Positions 1 through 13,131 of a stretch of DNA of 64,000 nucleotides are shown piece by piece. This DNA is from Camelus ferus (Eukaryota): positions 59,460,001 through 59,524,000 of the forward strand of contig NC_045707.1 of assembly GCF_009834535.1 (NCBI RefSeq). Reading direction: 5' to 3'. A program made the translations under genes and the position numbers. How positions within the stretch are numbered: position 1 is the first letter of the stretch; each line of letters begins with the position of its first letter. The notes beneath the pieces were generated by a model. It had not been told where the DNA came from, did not search any database, and worked only from the letters and a program-made list of their open reading frames with translations.

Positions 1-31
1 GGATTTCTCTTCTACAAGAAATGCAACAGCA

Positions 32-69
32 CAATAATAACTAACAACAACAATAATAACTAACAACAA
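32..69 (+). repeat. Perfect 19-bp tandem duplication (caataataactaacaacaa)2
   Basis: Read directly from the sequence. Confidence 0.9.
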
Positions 70-1589
70 ACTGGCTTCAGTGTCAGGGAGAGAAGAATTG
101 GTGGATACTGGCCTGAGATGACACACCACCTAAAAGAGGTGATGCCAGGTGACTAGAAACCTGCAGGAATCTCACTTCCCTGTTGTTAGACATTCTGATT
201 ACTTTAAAAAGGAACATGGAAATTTGAATTTTTAGGTAAAACTTCAGATTTCACAGTGTTGGCTTGGATTTAGGGTCTGTATCATTACATAAATGTTGGC
301 CTACAAACTCTAAATTTGCCAAAGGTAACATCGCGGCATGTCAGATTGGGTCTGTGATTTCCAACCAGTTTGTAACTTTTCTCAATCTTTCTGCTCAAAA
401 ATCCTATAAGGTGATTTACTTAGCTTTATAACAAGACACTTTAAAAAATTCTACCAAATTATAACTTGGTACAGATTTCAAAAGTTACAATTGGTAGAGA
501 TTTCAAAAGTTGAAAGGGTCCTTTCAAGTGGCTTTGCTAGATTGGTAATGTTGCAGGTAAATGTTCTTTGCAACAAGTCATCTTTGTTAGTTCAATATTT
601 TTAATCAAAACTTACGATCCCATAAGTTGCATAAATGATGGTGTTAAATACTGTTTATACCCATGGTTAGCACGAGCAATATTTTGCCTAATGATGGTAC
701 ATAGGGTCTAAAAGTCCTCTATAAAAAGAATCTTATTTTTCCTAAACCCTTTAATTTTTTGATGAAGGAATACCATGCACAATTGTGTTAGGCGTACATC
801 ACGTAATTCCAAAGGGGAAATTCACAAAGACTATGATATAAATGGTACTCCCTAGAACCACACAATTTACAATGTTCTGTAATTTACGGAACATAACGAC
901 CCTGATCTTCTTTAATTATTGCAGAAATCCCTTGGGACAGATAGGATAGGTCTGAGCTGTTCACCAACTTTACGTCACAGGTATAGTTGAAAGAAATTCA
1001 CCAACTAGCCTGATGTCACACAATAATTACTGAGAGAGTCAGGCAAAGACGTAAATCAAGTGAATCTTTATCTGGAGTCCTTAAGGAGGAATGAAAAAAA
1101 TGATAAACTGATTTTTCACTTCATGGTTTAAAAAGCACTTTCACAGATACCTTTTCATTGCCATTTGAATCAGTGCACGATAACAGGGGACTGGAGAGAG
1201 AATCACTCCTCATCTTTGATTTTTCTCTTGATTATGCCTACAAATATGCATTTATTTGAATTGTCTCACCACAGGCTGTCAGTTCAAGCATGTAATTCAC
1301 ATCATTTCCAGTATCACTATTTAAATTTCCTAATTTCCTAATAATATCCCCTCTGCATGTATTTTGATCACCTAATTCATTCTTTTACACTTAACATTAG
1401 GGTCTGTGTCATTATATAAATGTTGGCCTATAACTATGTGTATACAGTCTCTTTATTTTAATCTCTGTTCACATCTCATATTGTACTCAACACAATACTT
1501 ACCACTGAGGCTTTCTAATTGTCCTTATCATTTTGACATCTGCTCCTATAAACCAGTAATTTTTAAAATTTACTTTGTTTCCTATAACC

Positions 1590-1768
1590 CTGCAATATCC
1601 AATATAGTAGCCACTAGGCACATGTGTCTACTTAAATTTAAATTAATTAAAATTAGTTCCTCTTTCATACCATTCACACTACAAATACTCAACCACATGT
1701 GGCTGGTGGTTACTGTATTCGATAGTACAGGTATATTTTTATTATCACAGAAAGGTCTATTGGACTCT
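1590..1768 (-). mobile_element. MER3-like hAT-Charlie DNA transposon relic
   Basis: tccaatatagtagccactaggcacatgtg ... ccacatgtggctggtggttactgtatt ... cagaaaggtctattggac; internally quasi-palindromic. Confidence 0.78.
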
Positions 1769-2599
1769 GGTATATACTAATTAGCCACCTGCTTTTCCTC
1801 AACCCATGCTCTTTTTCTTCTTGAGTTTTTCTCAGGCTTCATGAAGGTAGTTTTTTATCCGAATGTTGTTTCTGTATATATTTAAAATATGATTATAACA
1901 GTGCTGCATCTTTTGATGTTATATAGAGACTTCAATGACAGGGGTTTAAGCCAGACTACATCTCCCCACAAGCAGTGGCCCTGGACCAACAGGAGGAATA
2001 TTATGCCTCCACACAGTTTTTTTTTTTGTGTGTGTGTGTGTTTTCCCAGCACATTTTTACATTTCTCATGTCTTTATCCATTTGCCTAAAACAGTAGATT
2101 TATTTAAATACTAACAGTGATATATAGACTTTACTGGTAATTTTATAGATTTGGATGGCAATCTTAATCATTAAAAGGAGAAATGACAAGAAAAATACTG
2201 CCTCTACCAATGACAGTATGATCTTGAGTAACTCTCTAAGGCATTTTTATTGTCTAAAGCAATAAATATAAAAAGAGGGCTGATTTATTTTTAACTTAAT
2301 GAAAATGAGCCAAAAAATAATGATTGCCCTTAATGCTTTATTAATCAGTGATAACTGAGGCTTTAAATTTTTCATGAACTTTTCAATACAGGGTCAAGGA
2401 TTACTCACAGTACTCAAGCCTCAGTGAGAGTCATAAACTAAAATGTTCTTCACTCTTACCTAGGATGAAGGAACCCTCTTATAAAACATAACTTCCTATA
2501 GATTTTTTTTTGGAAAAAGATGAAATTATAATAAGTGCACAGAAAAGTCACTTTGGTAAAAACAAAATATAACTTCACACATGGGAAAATAAGCTGATA

Positions 2600-2887
2600 C
2601 AGCCAGAAAGAGAAAGAAAAATACCACATGATATCACTTACATGTGGAATCTACAAAAAAAAGACACAAATGAACTTATTTACAAAACTTAGACTCACAG
2701 ACATAGAAAACAAACTTATGTTTACCAGAGGGGAAAGGGGATAGGGAGGGATAAATTGGGAATTCAGGATTTATAGATAATAACTACTGTATATAAAATA
2801 GATAAACAACAAGGTCCTACTGTATAGCACAGAGAGCTACATTCAATATCTTGTAACGGCCTATAATGAAAAAGAATATGAAAAGGA

Positions 2888-2934
<47 letters not shown>

Positions 2935-3035
2935 AACATATGTATGACTGAATCATTATGTTATATACCAGAAATTAACACACTGTAAATTGACTATACT
3001 TCAATAATAAAAAATTTAAAAAATAAAAAATAAAA
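2600..3035 (+). mobile_element. 5'-truncated L1 3' end with an internal (CA)n
   Basis: L1 ORF2-end/3'UTR motifs (gatatcacttacatgtggaatct, caaacttatg, ctgtatagcacag, gactatacttcaat) plus an A-tail; closely similar to the copy at 20404. Confidence 0.88.
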
Positions 3036-3397
3036 TGGAGAAAGCAGCATACAACAATCATCAGTCATGGCTCAGAGAAGCCAACACAGAAAAGTGGTCA
3101 ACATTATAAGATTACAGTGGAGCACAGTACATGATTTCAGGGATTCTGAGTCATACCCCATCAATTTATGAAGTTCAGTTCCCCATCCACTCACTGATTA
3201 TAATGAGCACATACAAGTCAAGTGGAAGCACATATGAATGAGCAATAGAAGGGCTGGTAGAGCATCTCCCGTCTTATCAGGGCTGCAGTAGCTTGGAGCA
3301 CACCCTCGTCTCACTGTGCATCTGCTGTGCTAATGTCAACCTATCTAACCATGTGCGTGCTTGGCAAAAGCAGTTTTTCTTAGCAGCCAACACTTAC

Positions 3398-3450
3398 CGT
3401 AGAGTAAAGAGAAGATGTGCTGGAGACCAGTGATAATGAAGAGCCGTGAA
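3398..3450 (-). CDS. NAV3: NAV3 exon, 53 nt, (V)HGSSLSLVSSTSSLYST
   Basis: Acceptor CTTTCTTCAG|TT, donor ACG|GTAAGT, phase 1 to 0; lies within ORF 3380..3562. Confidence 0.94.
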
Positions 3451-6052
3451 CTGAAGAAAGGCAAAAAAAAGAACAAGAGTTGAAATAATGAAGTCTGCTC
3501 AGAACCACCAGGCCTGAAGAACAGGTGGCTAAGGAGATAAAATGACAGCGAGATATATGCATCTGAGAACAAGCCCACTGTCACTTTTTACAGACTCAGA
3601 TATTGAGACATGGGAAGGTCCCACACCTGTCCCCTAAAACACCTCCTGCATTGTGTTACAGAGAGTTGACAAGTCCAAGTCCTTGCAGCATGCTCTGTGC
3701 ATACTGAAAACCAGAGTCAACTCCCACACACAAAATAATCAGAAAGTCAGGGACACCTAAAGTTGCCATGAGAGTTTAAACTTTTAAAAAACTTCAAGTA
3801 TTGATTTATTTAATTTCATTTTTATACAACAAAGGTCCAGAACAGTTCTTCCTCTTTTCTTTGAGGGGTAATACAGTTATTTCTGCTTATTCATCCATTA
3901 AATAAACATCATGTGAGTGCACACAGTGTGACAGGCCCTTGCTAGATCCCGGGAGTATAAAATTGAACGTCATAATCCTAGGAGCTCAAAAAGAAGTAGA
4001 AAGGTACATAACTAAAAAGATAATCACAAAAGGACCATATAAATGGCATCAAGAGCAATGTACTGGGCACGACAAGAGAACATGGGGGAGGGAGTGCTTA
4101 TGACCCGGTCTGGAGAGGCCTCGGGAAGCTGGGGAGGGTCATGTAGCGTCAATGAAAACAAAGGGGTGAATTTGAGACCCATCAGGAAGAACCTCTTTAA
4201 AAGGGATGTGGGTCAAAAGAGGAATGAGGTTTGTATGACTCCCAGCTTCCTAGCTTGAGCAAATCTCTCTGTGAGATGTGGAAAATGTTAGTTGTACTTA
4301 AAAAAAAAAAAAAGCACATTCTTTAACCTCTAATAACACCGGTGTGAACGCTGAGTGTCAGCGTGGTGTACCGGAAGGAAGGTGGTGGATGAATCAGTAG
4401 ATCCTATTTTCAGTCTTTTTCTGCTACTTACTATTTATAGGTCTATAACCTTAACGTTTATGGTTCAGGCTCCTAACCTGTCACTATGAGCACCTGGCAG
4501 GGCATCAATAAAGTTCCTTCTATCTCTCTGCCCAGTAATGCCTTGATTTTAGACCATCATTTAAGCATCACAATAGTTCAGCATTCAATGCATAGACATC
4601 AAAAAGCCATCTCGCCCACGGAGGCTGGCTCTCAACAGCTCAGATGATTTAATCTTAATACATGGAAGGCAAGAATCTCCCAGCATATTAAAAGCATTAT
4701 CTCTGCAAATGAGGCACTCTAGAAAGCCATCAGTATGCTGAACAAATAATTTCTCCAGTATTATAAGAACCCTGTTTGAAGAAAATGCTAGAAACATTTC
4801 AGAAAAGCAACAACGTTACATTTCAGATGAGTTATATCTTGCCTACACTTGCAGCAATCAGCAGGCTCTCACCATCTGTCACAGTGAATTCAGTGGTTTG
4901 GTTAATATCCCAAAAGGCAGTGGCAACTCTAGTCAACGGATTTAGGGCCAAGCATGTTAAATATACAGTGGTGACCTGAAGACCAGGAGTCAACTTTCGC
5001 AGCTGCCTAAATTCTAGTCAGAAGGTACTTTAAATAAGAAGGTAGGAAGAGGGAAGAGAAAGGAACAGACCTACTCTTTTCAACCTTTGAAATTACAGAT
5101 ACAGAAAGCAGGGCTCATACAGTTACGAAACCTGTTCAAGTTCATATCACAAATAAACGGATGACTAGAGGTTTAAACTCTGGTATGTTTCAAGATCTAG
5201 AGTTCTTTCTTTTATACAAACTTATGAAGGACTAGGAAAGAACGGTTTATCACATATCTGATTTTTATTCTCATCTATTCAAACTTCTATGTTTACTTTT
5301 ATTTTATCCTTGGCTGACAGGCTCTATAATATGTGTACTACAGTTTTCCTTTGTGGGTACTTGGAAATCATTCATTAAATCAAAGACAAAAAATCTCTCA
5401 AATATTTCTATTCGACATGTGAAGTTATACTGTTCAGAAAATTATATATATTTGAAAATCCATTAAGCCTCCAAAATTTTTCAAAGAGTTTTTATTACAG
5501 ACTTTTCACATAGACCTTTACAACCACAAAAGTATTTATTAGGCCAGGTGAGAATTTTATCGTAATGGATAAGGAAATGTAACTTGGAAATCAAAAAGTA
5601 GCACCATATGAATTCTAAAATGATATGATCATAAAAGCTAAGACCAGAGAGGGTTTCTGAGAATAAAAGTCGGCAGCATGTGGTTGTCTCATAAGAGAAT
5701 TCTTCCTGGTTTATGTATCATGGTTTCTTAACTGAAGTGTCAAACAAAACATTCACTCTGGTATTTGGCACACCTGTAAAGTTACGCAGATTTCTGTATG
5801 AGAACGCTGGATTTATTCTGAGCTATTCTACAGCTAGGTATTACTTTAAATACTGTCGGGCGTATTTCCAAATGCAGAAGGAAACAAAAGGTAATGCAGA
5901 CTAAAACTTCTTCAAGCTTCAGGGCTCCCCAGATGCAAGTTCTATTCACTCACTCATTTACTCTCGAGGGAATCTCTGTGGTGTGAATGATGTGGTAGTT
6001 TTCACGTCTGAGTTAACAGAAGCAACTTTATTCTCCCCCACCCCACACCTAC

Positions 6053-6241
6053 CTTCTTCCATGCTGTCCCTGAATGAGCCCGAATGGCTGATGGCCCGTG
6101 GCCTCTCCTCCAGAGATGTGGCACTCCCACAGAGCTGGGCGTCGTCATAGAGATCGAAGGAGGAATCCTGGGCTGGGATGCTGTTGGAACGCATCATGCT
6201 GGGCCCCGGAAGGTTAAACTGAGACAGACTGGTTGGGCTCA
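6053..6241 (-). CDS. NAV3: NAV3 exon, 189 nt, (V)SPTSLSQFNLPGPSMMRSNSIP...SGSFRDSMEE
   Basis: Acceptor GTTTTCCAG|TG, donor AAG|GTAGGT, phase 1 to 1; lies within ORF 5958..6257. Confidence 0.95.
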
Positions 6242-9200
6242 CTGGAAAACAAAGCACACACAGCCCGTTAGTTCAGGGCTCTGAAATTTTCAATAGCAGT
6301 TATCACGGAGTCCCTCCCCTTTATTTTCCCCCTAGCACTTTCACGGCAACCAGTATGTCAATTTCTAAAGCAACAGTGAACAAAACCATCAAATCACCTC
6401 TACTGATTTTGCTAGAAATAACATGGTATTCCCTCTGGCCATTATGAAGAAAAGATTTGTCTTCCTGGAGTCTGCACATTTCTTTATTTCCAGGAAAATA
6501 CATCAATTTAAAGGGAAAAGCAAAAGAGAAAGGGACATGAAATACAAGAAATCTAAATTTCCCAGGAAGAAACTTCTGCAGCTTCCAGGCTATGACTTTC
6601 AGTCGTTTTGAGTTCTAAATTTTTGTCAGTTCATGGTTACTACCATCATTATCAGAGTTAGGTTATAATAGAGAAAAATAAAAATTATCTTTAAATGAAC
6701 TACAATGTTGTGTACATGGTATCTGTAACTCATCATAAGGTTAATCACATAAAACTACTTTCTACTGTGTCTAAGATCAGAAAGCTGTGGTGAGACTGTC
6801 AAGAGTCACAAACCTGTGTTTCCAAAGTGGTACCTTGAGTCTGTAATTTGAAATATGAATTTATTTACCTAGTGCCTATTTACAAATAGTTCTGATGACA
6901 CTCAGCTTTTTAGGCCAACTGATAATCATCAATTCAAAGAAAGATGCAGCTGACTGAATGTGCTATCCCATTGGAACACAATACTGGTTAAAAATTAGGA
7001 ATAAAAGCAAAGCAGAAAATGAAAGAAACAGATTTATCGTAAGTGCTATGTTTAAGAAAAGCAAGTTGGTACAGGTACATGAGGACGCAGCCAGGAATCT
7101 CTTAAGATATGAAGATAACTGGTGGGTTCTTTCAAAACCTTGGGGAATTCATGTCTTTGGCTTAGAATCAGTCTGACATCATTTCAAAATAATGGTATTT
7201 TTTTTCTTTGACACAGGCACTTCATTTCTTAATGTAATTACTGGATCTCAGAACAACGTAAAATAGGAGGAATATATACTATGAGACAACTTAAGGAGAG
7301 TATCTCCTAATTGCCAGGCACTCTGCTGGCTATTTCACGGGTATGAATGAATTAATGCACAGAATAACTCTCTGATAGAGGTAGTTAAAAACTGGAGTAA
7401 AGGAAGAGCAAGAAAAGAAACAAAAGACTAAGAATTGTATCCATGTGTGTATATTGTGACATATAATAAAAAAAAAAGAGAGAGAAACTGTGGATTTGCA
7501 AAGTCTGCAATCCACTGGAAGCAGGGAAAACAGGAGAGAAAGAAGGAAAGAAGGGAGAGCAAGAGAGAAAGAGTTAGAGAGAGATCTTTCAGGCACCTTC
7601 CTTGAGCCGGCAGTGACCAGTTCATGATGGCTGAGGACGGCTCATGGATACACTGAAGGACATTCTGGACTTGAATATTTACGCTTACGGTACCTGGATT
7701 GAAGTCATTCAACCATTCCAGGTCCGCAGTATGAACTGACTTTTTGCCAAACGAATGAAGTGTCTAACACATTTGCAAGCACATCATTTTAATATATGTA
7801 TTTAGAGGTTAGAAGGACAATTCATTCACTGTTTGGCTTTGCACAATTCTTACTAAAATAATTGCAGAGACATCCAAGTAAAATGTCTTTCTGTAATTTT
7901 AAAACATAGCACTCAGCTCGTTCAAAGTGAAATAGTAGTGAGGATTAGGGTGGATTTTAAAGGGAGCAGTTTGCATTTATAAGCACTTCTGATAGTTTCT
8001 CCATTGGAAATATACGCATACTATTTAAGAATGATCAGTTAGCTAAAATCTATGACAGGTTTGCTTTTTTGGTATTGTGGTTGAATAGAAAGATAGATAT
8101 AGCAAGATCTCTGGCTTCAAGAATGGCCTCTAGGGGAGATGACTGAAAGGTGAAGTTAATAATGCAAAATAGACCAAGAAAAGTTATGTAATAGAAGACA
8201 AAACTTTGTCATAATATGACAAAGAAAATTTCTATAATGGGACACAAATTAGTACAGGGCTCCTGGTGGTGGCTTTGCTTTCTATTTGCTTTAGGCAAAT
8301 ATCCCAAGCTCTACCCTTCAATTTCTTCATGAATTAAGAAACAATAGCAGAATCAATGGCCTCTAAGATCCATTCAAAGCCAGAAGATACATAAAAATGT
8401 CTTAACAAGAGAGAGAGATGTGTGACAATCTATTAGGGAAAAGAGGGCTACTGACTTTGTCTTAAATTATATCGCATACCACAGCCACGGTTTTCATTAA
8501 ATTATATGTTTATCTGTGGCGCTTTGAGGAGAACAGGGACTGAAAGAAATAAGAAGTGTGTTTTTAAATACCTCCAGGTCACTCCCTGATTTTGCTACCA
8601 TATCTAGACATATTTGGGAGTTCATGGTATTGTTTTAAGAAGAGTCGTCATGTGGAATCTCATTTTAACTTATTTTGTGGAATTTGGGAATATAACTAGG
8701 AACTAGGTGGAGATTCAGGAAGTTTTTATTTGATCATTTAAAGAACTTCAAAAAATGTAATATATATCTAGATTTAGGCAGTTTCTCTCATTGGTAGGTT
8801 TAGAGAAGACGCTAGAGCTGTCAGAAGAATTGACATAACAGAGGAATGACCGAGATACAGGTCTGTTCCAACTCTGGGATTCTGTGCATCCATGAAGATA
8901 GAAGTGAGGGCTTAATTCTGAACAGTGTGAAGGGTGAATTTGGAGAGGGGAGTAGAAAGTCATTTAAGGTGGAGGGACACTTGGGAGTAACAGCATATGA
9001 ATTTCCCATACAACAGTGCTTAAACATCACTCTGTATACAAAAGGTTCATCAAATACACAGCATTTGAAAGTGACAGGTTGATAGTAATGCTTCTACATG
9101 GTAACCCTTGGAGCAAGGTGAAAAATGAGTGTGAGCAGCTGTCATCACTCATGAGAACATGACAGTGAGTCTCACTAGGTTCCGAGACGTCTCGAAAGGA

Positions 9201-11532
9201 CTGTGACCAATAGTAAGTGAAATTTTATCCAAAACTTAATTTTTTTTACATAAGTTATAGGTCGATGTGCTTTCTTGGGTAGAGATGGTTTCTATGATAG
9301 CTTTCATGTAAGAAACTGGATACAAACCACAGTTAACTTCGGCAGTAGCTCACAGTAATCTACTAATAATGACATGATAGTAGTGATCTTAAATTTCTAA
9401 TGTTTGTTATATATAATTTTTACAGTTATATTTCTAAAAAGCTTATGTATGGATGTATTTTAATAGGTAAGGATAAAAAACATGAACACTGCATCTCTTG
9501 AACATTAGTAATAATCACTGACCTTACTGATCATTCAGAAAAAATAATGATAAATTAGAAACAAGTGACGACCAAAGGAACCTGTAGGAGGATGCTACCC
9601 ATATTCGAGTTACATCTGACAGCTGCATTTGATGTATTTTTACGTTTAATAATAAAGTGACTTTTACGTACGGCAGCATTTTAACAATGTCAGCTTTCTT
9701 GTCTAATAAGGATAAGTTCAGGTGATCTGGAAATACAGCCCAAACTCTTAAATAATATTTTTCATGTTTTTCACATTAGTCATTTTTTTCTCTTGTAAAA
9801 TCATACATCATTGAGATCTCAGAACATCTGATTTGAATCCACATATGCTTATAAAATGTGGGTAGGCACACGAGAGTGTGCTGATACGTATGGGAAGGAC
9901 TTTCTTCATAAGACCCACTGGATGAAATGTTGAGAGACGTAAGATTAGAGGCAGTAAGAACAGTTTGAAATCTGCCACAGTTGTCCCTGACAGTGTAAGA
10001 CATTTCATTCCAATAAAAACGATGATATAGCAGAGGCTAACAAGACTCATGCTCTCCTGAGTCTTGGTCACATTAGATGAGTCATTCCTCACTATGTAAT
10101 CTAGGTATTATATACCCATTCCACAGATGAGAACATTGAGGGTAAATGATCAGACATAGTAAGCAGTGAGTTTTTTCTTCACAAAAAAAAAATAGATTAG
10201 ATAGATTGAATCAGAATAATAGCAATAGAGGAATAATGGGGTAAAGAGTCAAATATTCAAGTTAATGTCAATGAATCAAAAGACTGACAGGTGACATGAG
10301 ATAGCCAGCTAACTTAGCAAACTAGATGACATGGGTTTGATTCTAACGTTGTATAAAATTAGATTTTGTTTTATAACCCTATGACTCTATAAAACATTTT
10401 AAATTCATTTTGTGAAGTCAAACTTTTTAGCTTCCTGCTGTGTTTTATAACTGCAACTCAAAGGAAAAGCTACAGCATCCTTTACCATTATGAGGCAAAG
10501 AAGTCTTATCTCTGTGTAAGTTTAGCAACAAAAACTTGGTGCCTGATGTATCTTCACTAGTACATATGAACATGAACAAAATAACTGTTTTTTCATTGCC
10601 CAAAACTCTCTTCTGTACAGCAGAAATAGTTACAATGGAAGAGAAATACCCTGACTGTCCCAACGGGGCAAAAAGTTGAAAAGTTCAAATTAGTAAAGAA
10701 TTTGGACAATCTGTTGATCCATGATTACAAAAAATTTTTTTCAAGTGAAAAGAGAATAAATATTGGGACTACTTTATATGTGACTTTGCAGAAAAGAAAT
10801 CTATTTTTAAAAGCATTGGATCTATTAAAGGATAACTGGCATGTTTAGGCTTTCATTATTTCATCACTCTCTTCCCTGTGTTTTCTATGACATTTTTACA
10901 AATGATTTTATATTTCATACAAATTATGCTAAGCACAAAGTAACCCGATGGCTGAAATAGTCATTTTTTTTCCACTGCATTTATCTAAAAATGTTTACAG
11001 GGTACTACCTTAATAGGATTTCTCATATGCATCTTAAGGAGAGTTTTAATTTTCAAACAGTAAAAGAAGTAATTGTGAAGCCATGGAATCACGTGCTTTT
11101 TCTTCTTCTTAATTATTTCTATTTTTCTACGAAAAGGTAATTCACTTTCTTATAAAGATGAAAAAAATTTAAACAGAAAATAAGGAGATGTTTTCCTGGT
11201 TTTTAAGAGGACTCTGAGAAAACCCCTAGGTTTAGCGTCAGGTGTTCTGGCATCAGAGAGCCTTTTTTTTTTAAGTCAAATAATCTCTTTGTGTCTCTGG
11301 ATCCCAGACTATAAAATAATAACGGTCTTACCTATGTCATCTTGTTGTCATGAGCAGTAAACTGCAACATGTTTTGAAATTATTTAGTGGATAGTAAGCA
11401 TCATACAAACAAAAGGTACTGTTATGGTTTCTTTTATCTCCTCTTCAAATGAACGATTTTCATAGAGAGATGTCAGGGGCCCTGGGAGAGCAGGTGATGA
11501 AAGGAACAAGATGAAATGGATGAATATTTTAC

Positions 11533-11693
11533 CCAAGTTGGAAAAGTGGTATTTTCCTGTTGCAGAAGACGACATGGCAGAAGGGGAGACCAGGGGCGAC
11601 TGACTGCCGGTGTCCTGCAGCCCTCCAGTGGAATGCGAGCGTAACCACTCTTTGCCCTCTTCTTGGTTGGCCTGCCGAGATGACGGGGTGTAT
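11533..11693 (-). CDS. NAV3: NAV3 exon, 161 nt, (R)YTPSSRQANQEEGKEWLRSHSTGG...KYHFSNL
   Basis: Acceptor GTTTTGCAG|A, donor TGG|GTAAAA, phase 2 to 1; lies within ORF 11384..11725. Confidence 0.95.
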
Positions 11694-13089
11694 CTGCAAA
11701 ACACCAAGCTAAGACGCTTAAGCACATCTGCAAGGGCAAGGTAGTATCAGGACAAGAACACAATAGAGAGGAGCTGACTATTCAGACTGAACAACATTCT
11801 CAGACAGATTGAATCTAATTATAATTGCTTAGTTCTTCCAGATGATTTGACACCATCTGTTTGAATCTCACAGGGAAAAAAAAAATAAAGGATTTTGAAA
11901 AGAAAATTATGCTTCTGTGAGATATGTAGTTGAAAATCATGAGCAATGAGCAGACAGCCAGGTTAATTGAGAGGAGCTCAAAAGCGCAGTGTTTAGAAGG
12001 ATGTGAAGAGGGTGAAGACACAGGCTCAATATGGTGGACAGGAGTAGGCTGGAAGCCAAGGCAACGGGAGTGATGGCCACAGCAAGACAGAGGAAACAGA
12101 ACACAAACTGACAGATCTTTTTTAAAAGAAAGTGAAAACATTTACTTGGTTAAAATGACACTCGACACCATGTCTGGATTTAAAAAAAAATGGAGAGAAA
12201 AATGGGCTTACTTTATTAAAAAAGAAATTTCTGGAACAAAATTTTAAAATGGAATAATTGCAAGCTCTTTGCTATTGCTAAGGAACTGGAGAGAAGAAGG
12301 ATAACAGAGAAAGACCTATTTGGCCAGCATTCAATTTTACCAGAGTAAGTAAATTCTTGGTACTAAAGAGCAGTCAACTTATTGTGTTCATATGGTGTTA
12401 AATCTCTATTAGTAGTTCATTCCGTATTTTCTAATCAGATAAAAGTGTACAGTAAAGGATGGCCACGCATTCAGTTTGCATTTCCTTTTTTATGATGAAC
12501 TGAATAGTTATTTTGAGATTATGATGTGATATTAGACTAATTCATGTCTAAATTGATCTGATAAGATACCAGCACTCCAGAAAAATAGAAAACAAAACTC
12601 TTTTGAGTTTTTACCAAAAGGATTCTTTAAAAATTCATACCTCAGTTACCATATTTGTCCTCTGATGATGAAAATATTCTTTGATTCAAATTAGAGCATC
12701 CTTCAACGTTTCAACATTCACAGGCCACATATGTAGACTATGTGGGTTGAGGTTTTATAAGCATATGCCTCCAATGTGTAAACGTTAGAAAAATTCACTT
12801 TATTTTAATTTTCAGAAGTGAGTTCTAAATTCTATGAAAAGTTGCTGCCCCCAGAATAATGGCTTTTACATTAGATTTAATTTCTTGACTTTTGGCCTCA
12901 ATCAAAATCTCTACCTGAGGGCTATCTCACCAACTCCTCAGGCCAGAGAAAACATTAGGATTAAAAGAGATTTCATCCTCGATGTCAGGTGCTTCTTTGC
13001 AAACAAAGAAAGAAAGAAGTAAAGAGACAGCACACAAAATTTACGTAACAACAGAGAAAGGCAGCAATGGTGCTGAGAGAAATATATAC

Positions 13090-13131
13090 CTTAGTCCCTT
13101 TTTGGGTAGTGTATTTCTGTCAAGCTGCATG
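13090..13131 (-). CDS. NAV3: NAV3 42-nt symmetric mini-exon, (S)MQLDRNTLPKKGL(R)
   Basis: Acceptor TTTTAACAG|C, donor AAG|GTATAT, phase 2 to 2. Peptide matches recalled NAV3; absent from the ORF track. Confidence 0.92.

Noticed and set aside
466..511. 25-bp-period near-perfect duplication ttggtaSagatttcaaaagtt
   Set aside because: An ordinary two-copy slippage duplication, not an array.
1406..1780. 124-aa ORF
   Set aside because: It starts at a non-ATG codon, overlaps a MER3 relic and resembles no protein I recognise.
9164..9194. Short palindromes agtgagtctcact and cgagacgtctcg
   Set aside because: Palindromes of 12-13 bp are expected by chance in 64 kb, and there is no other support.
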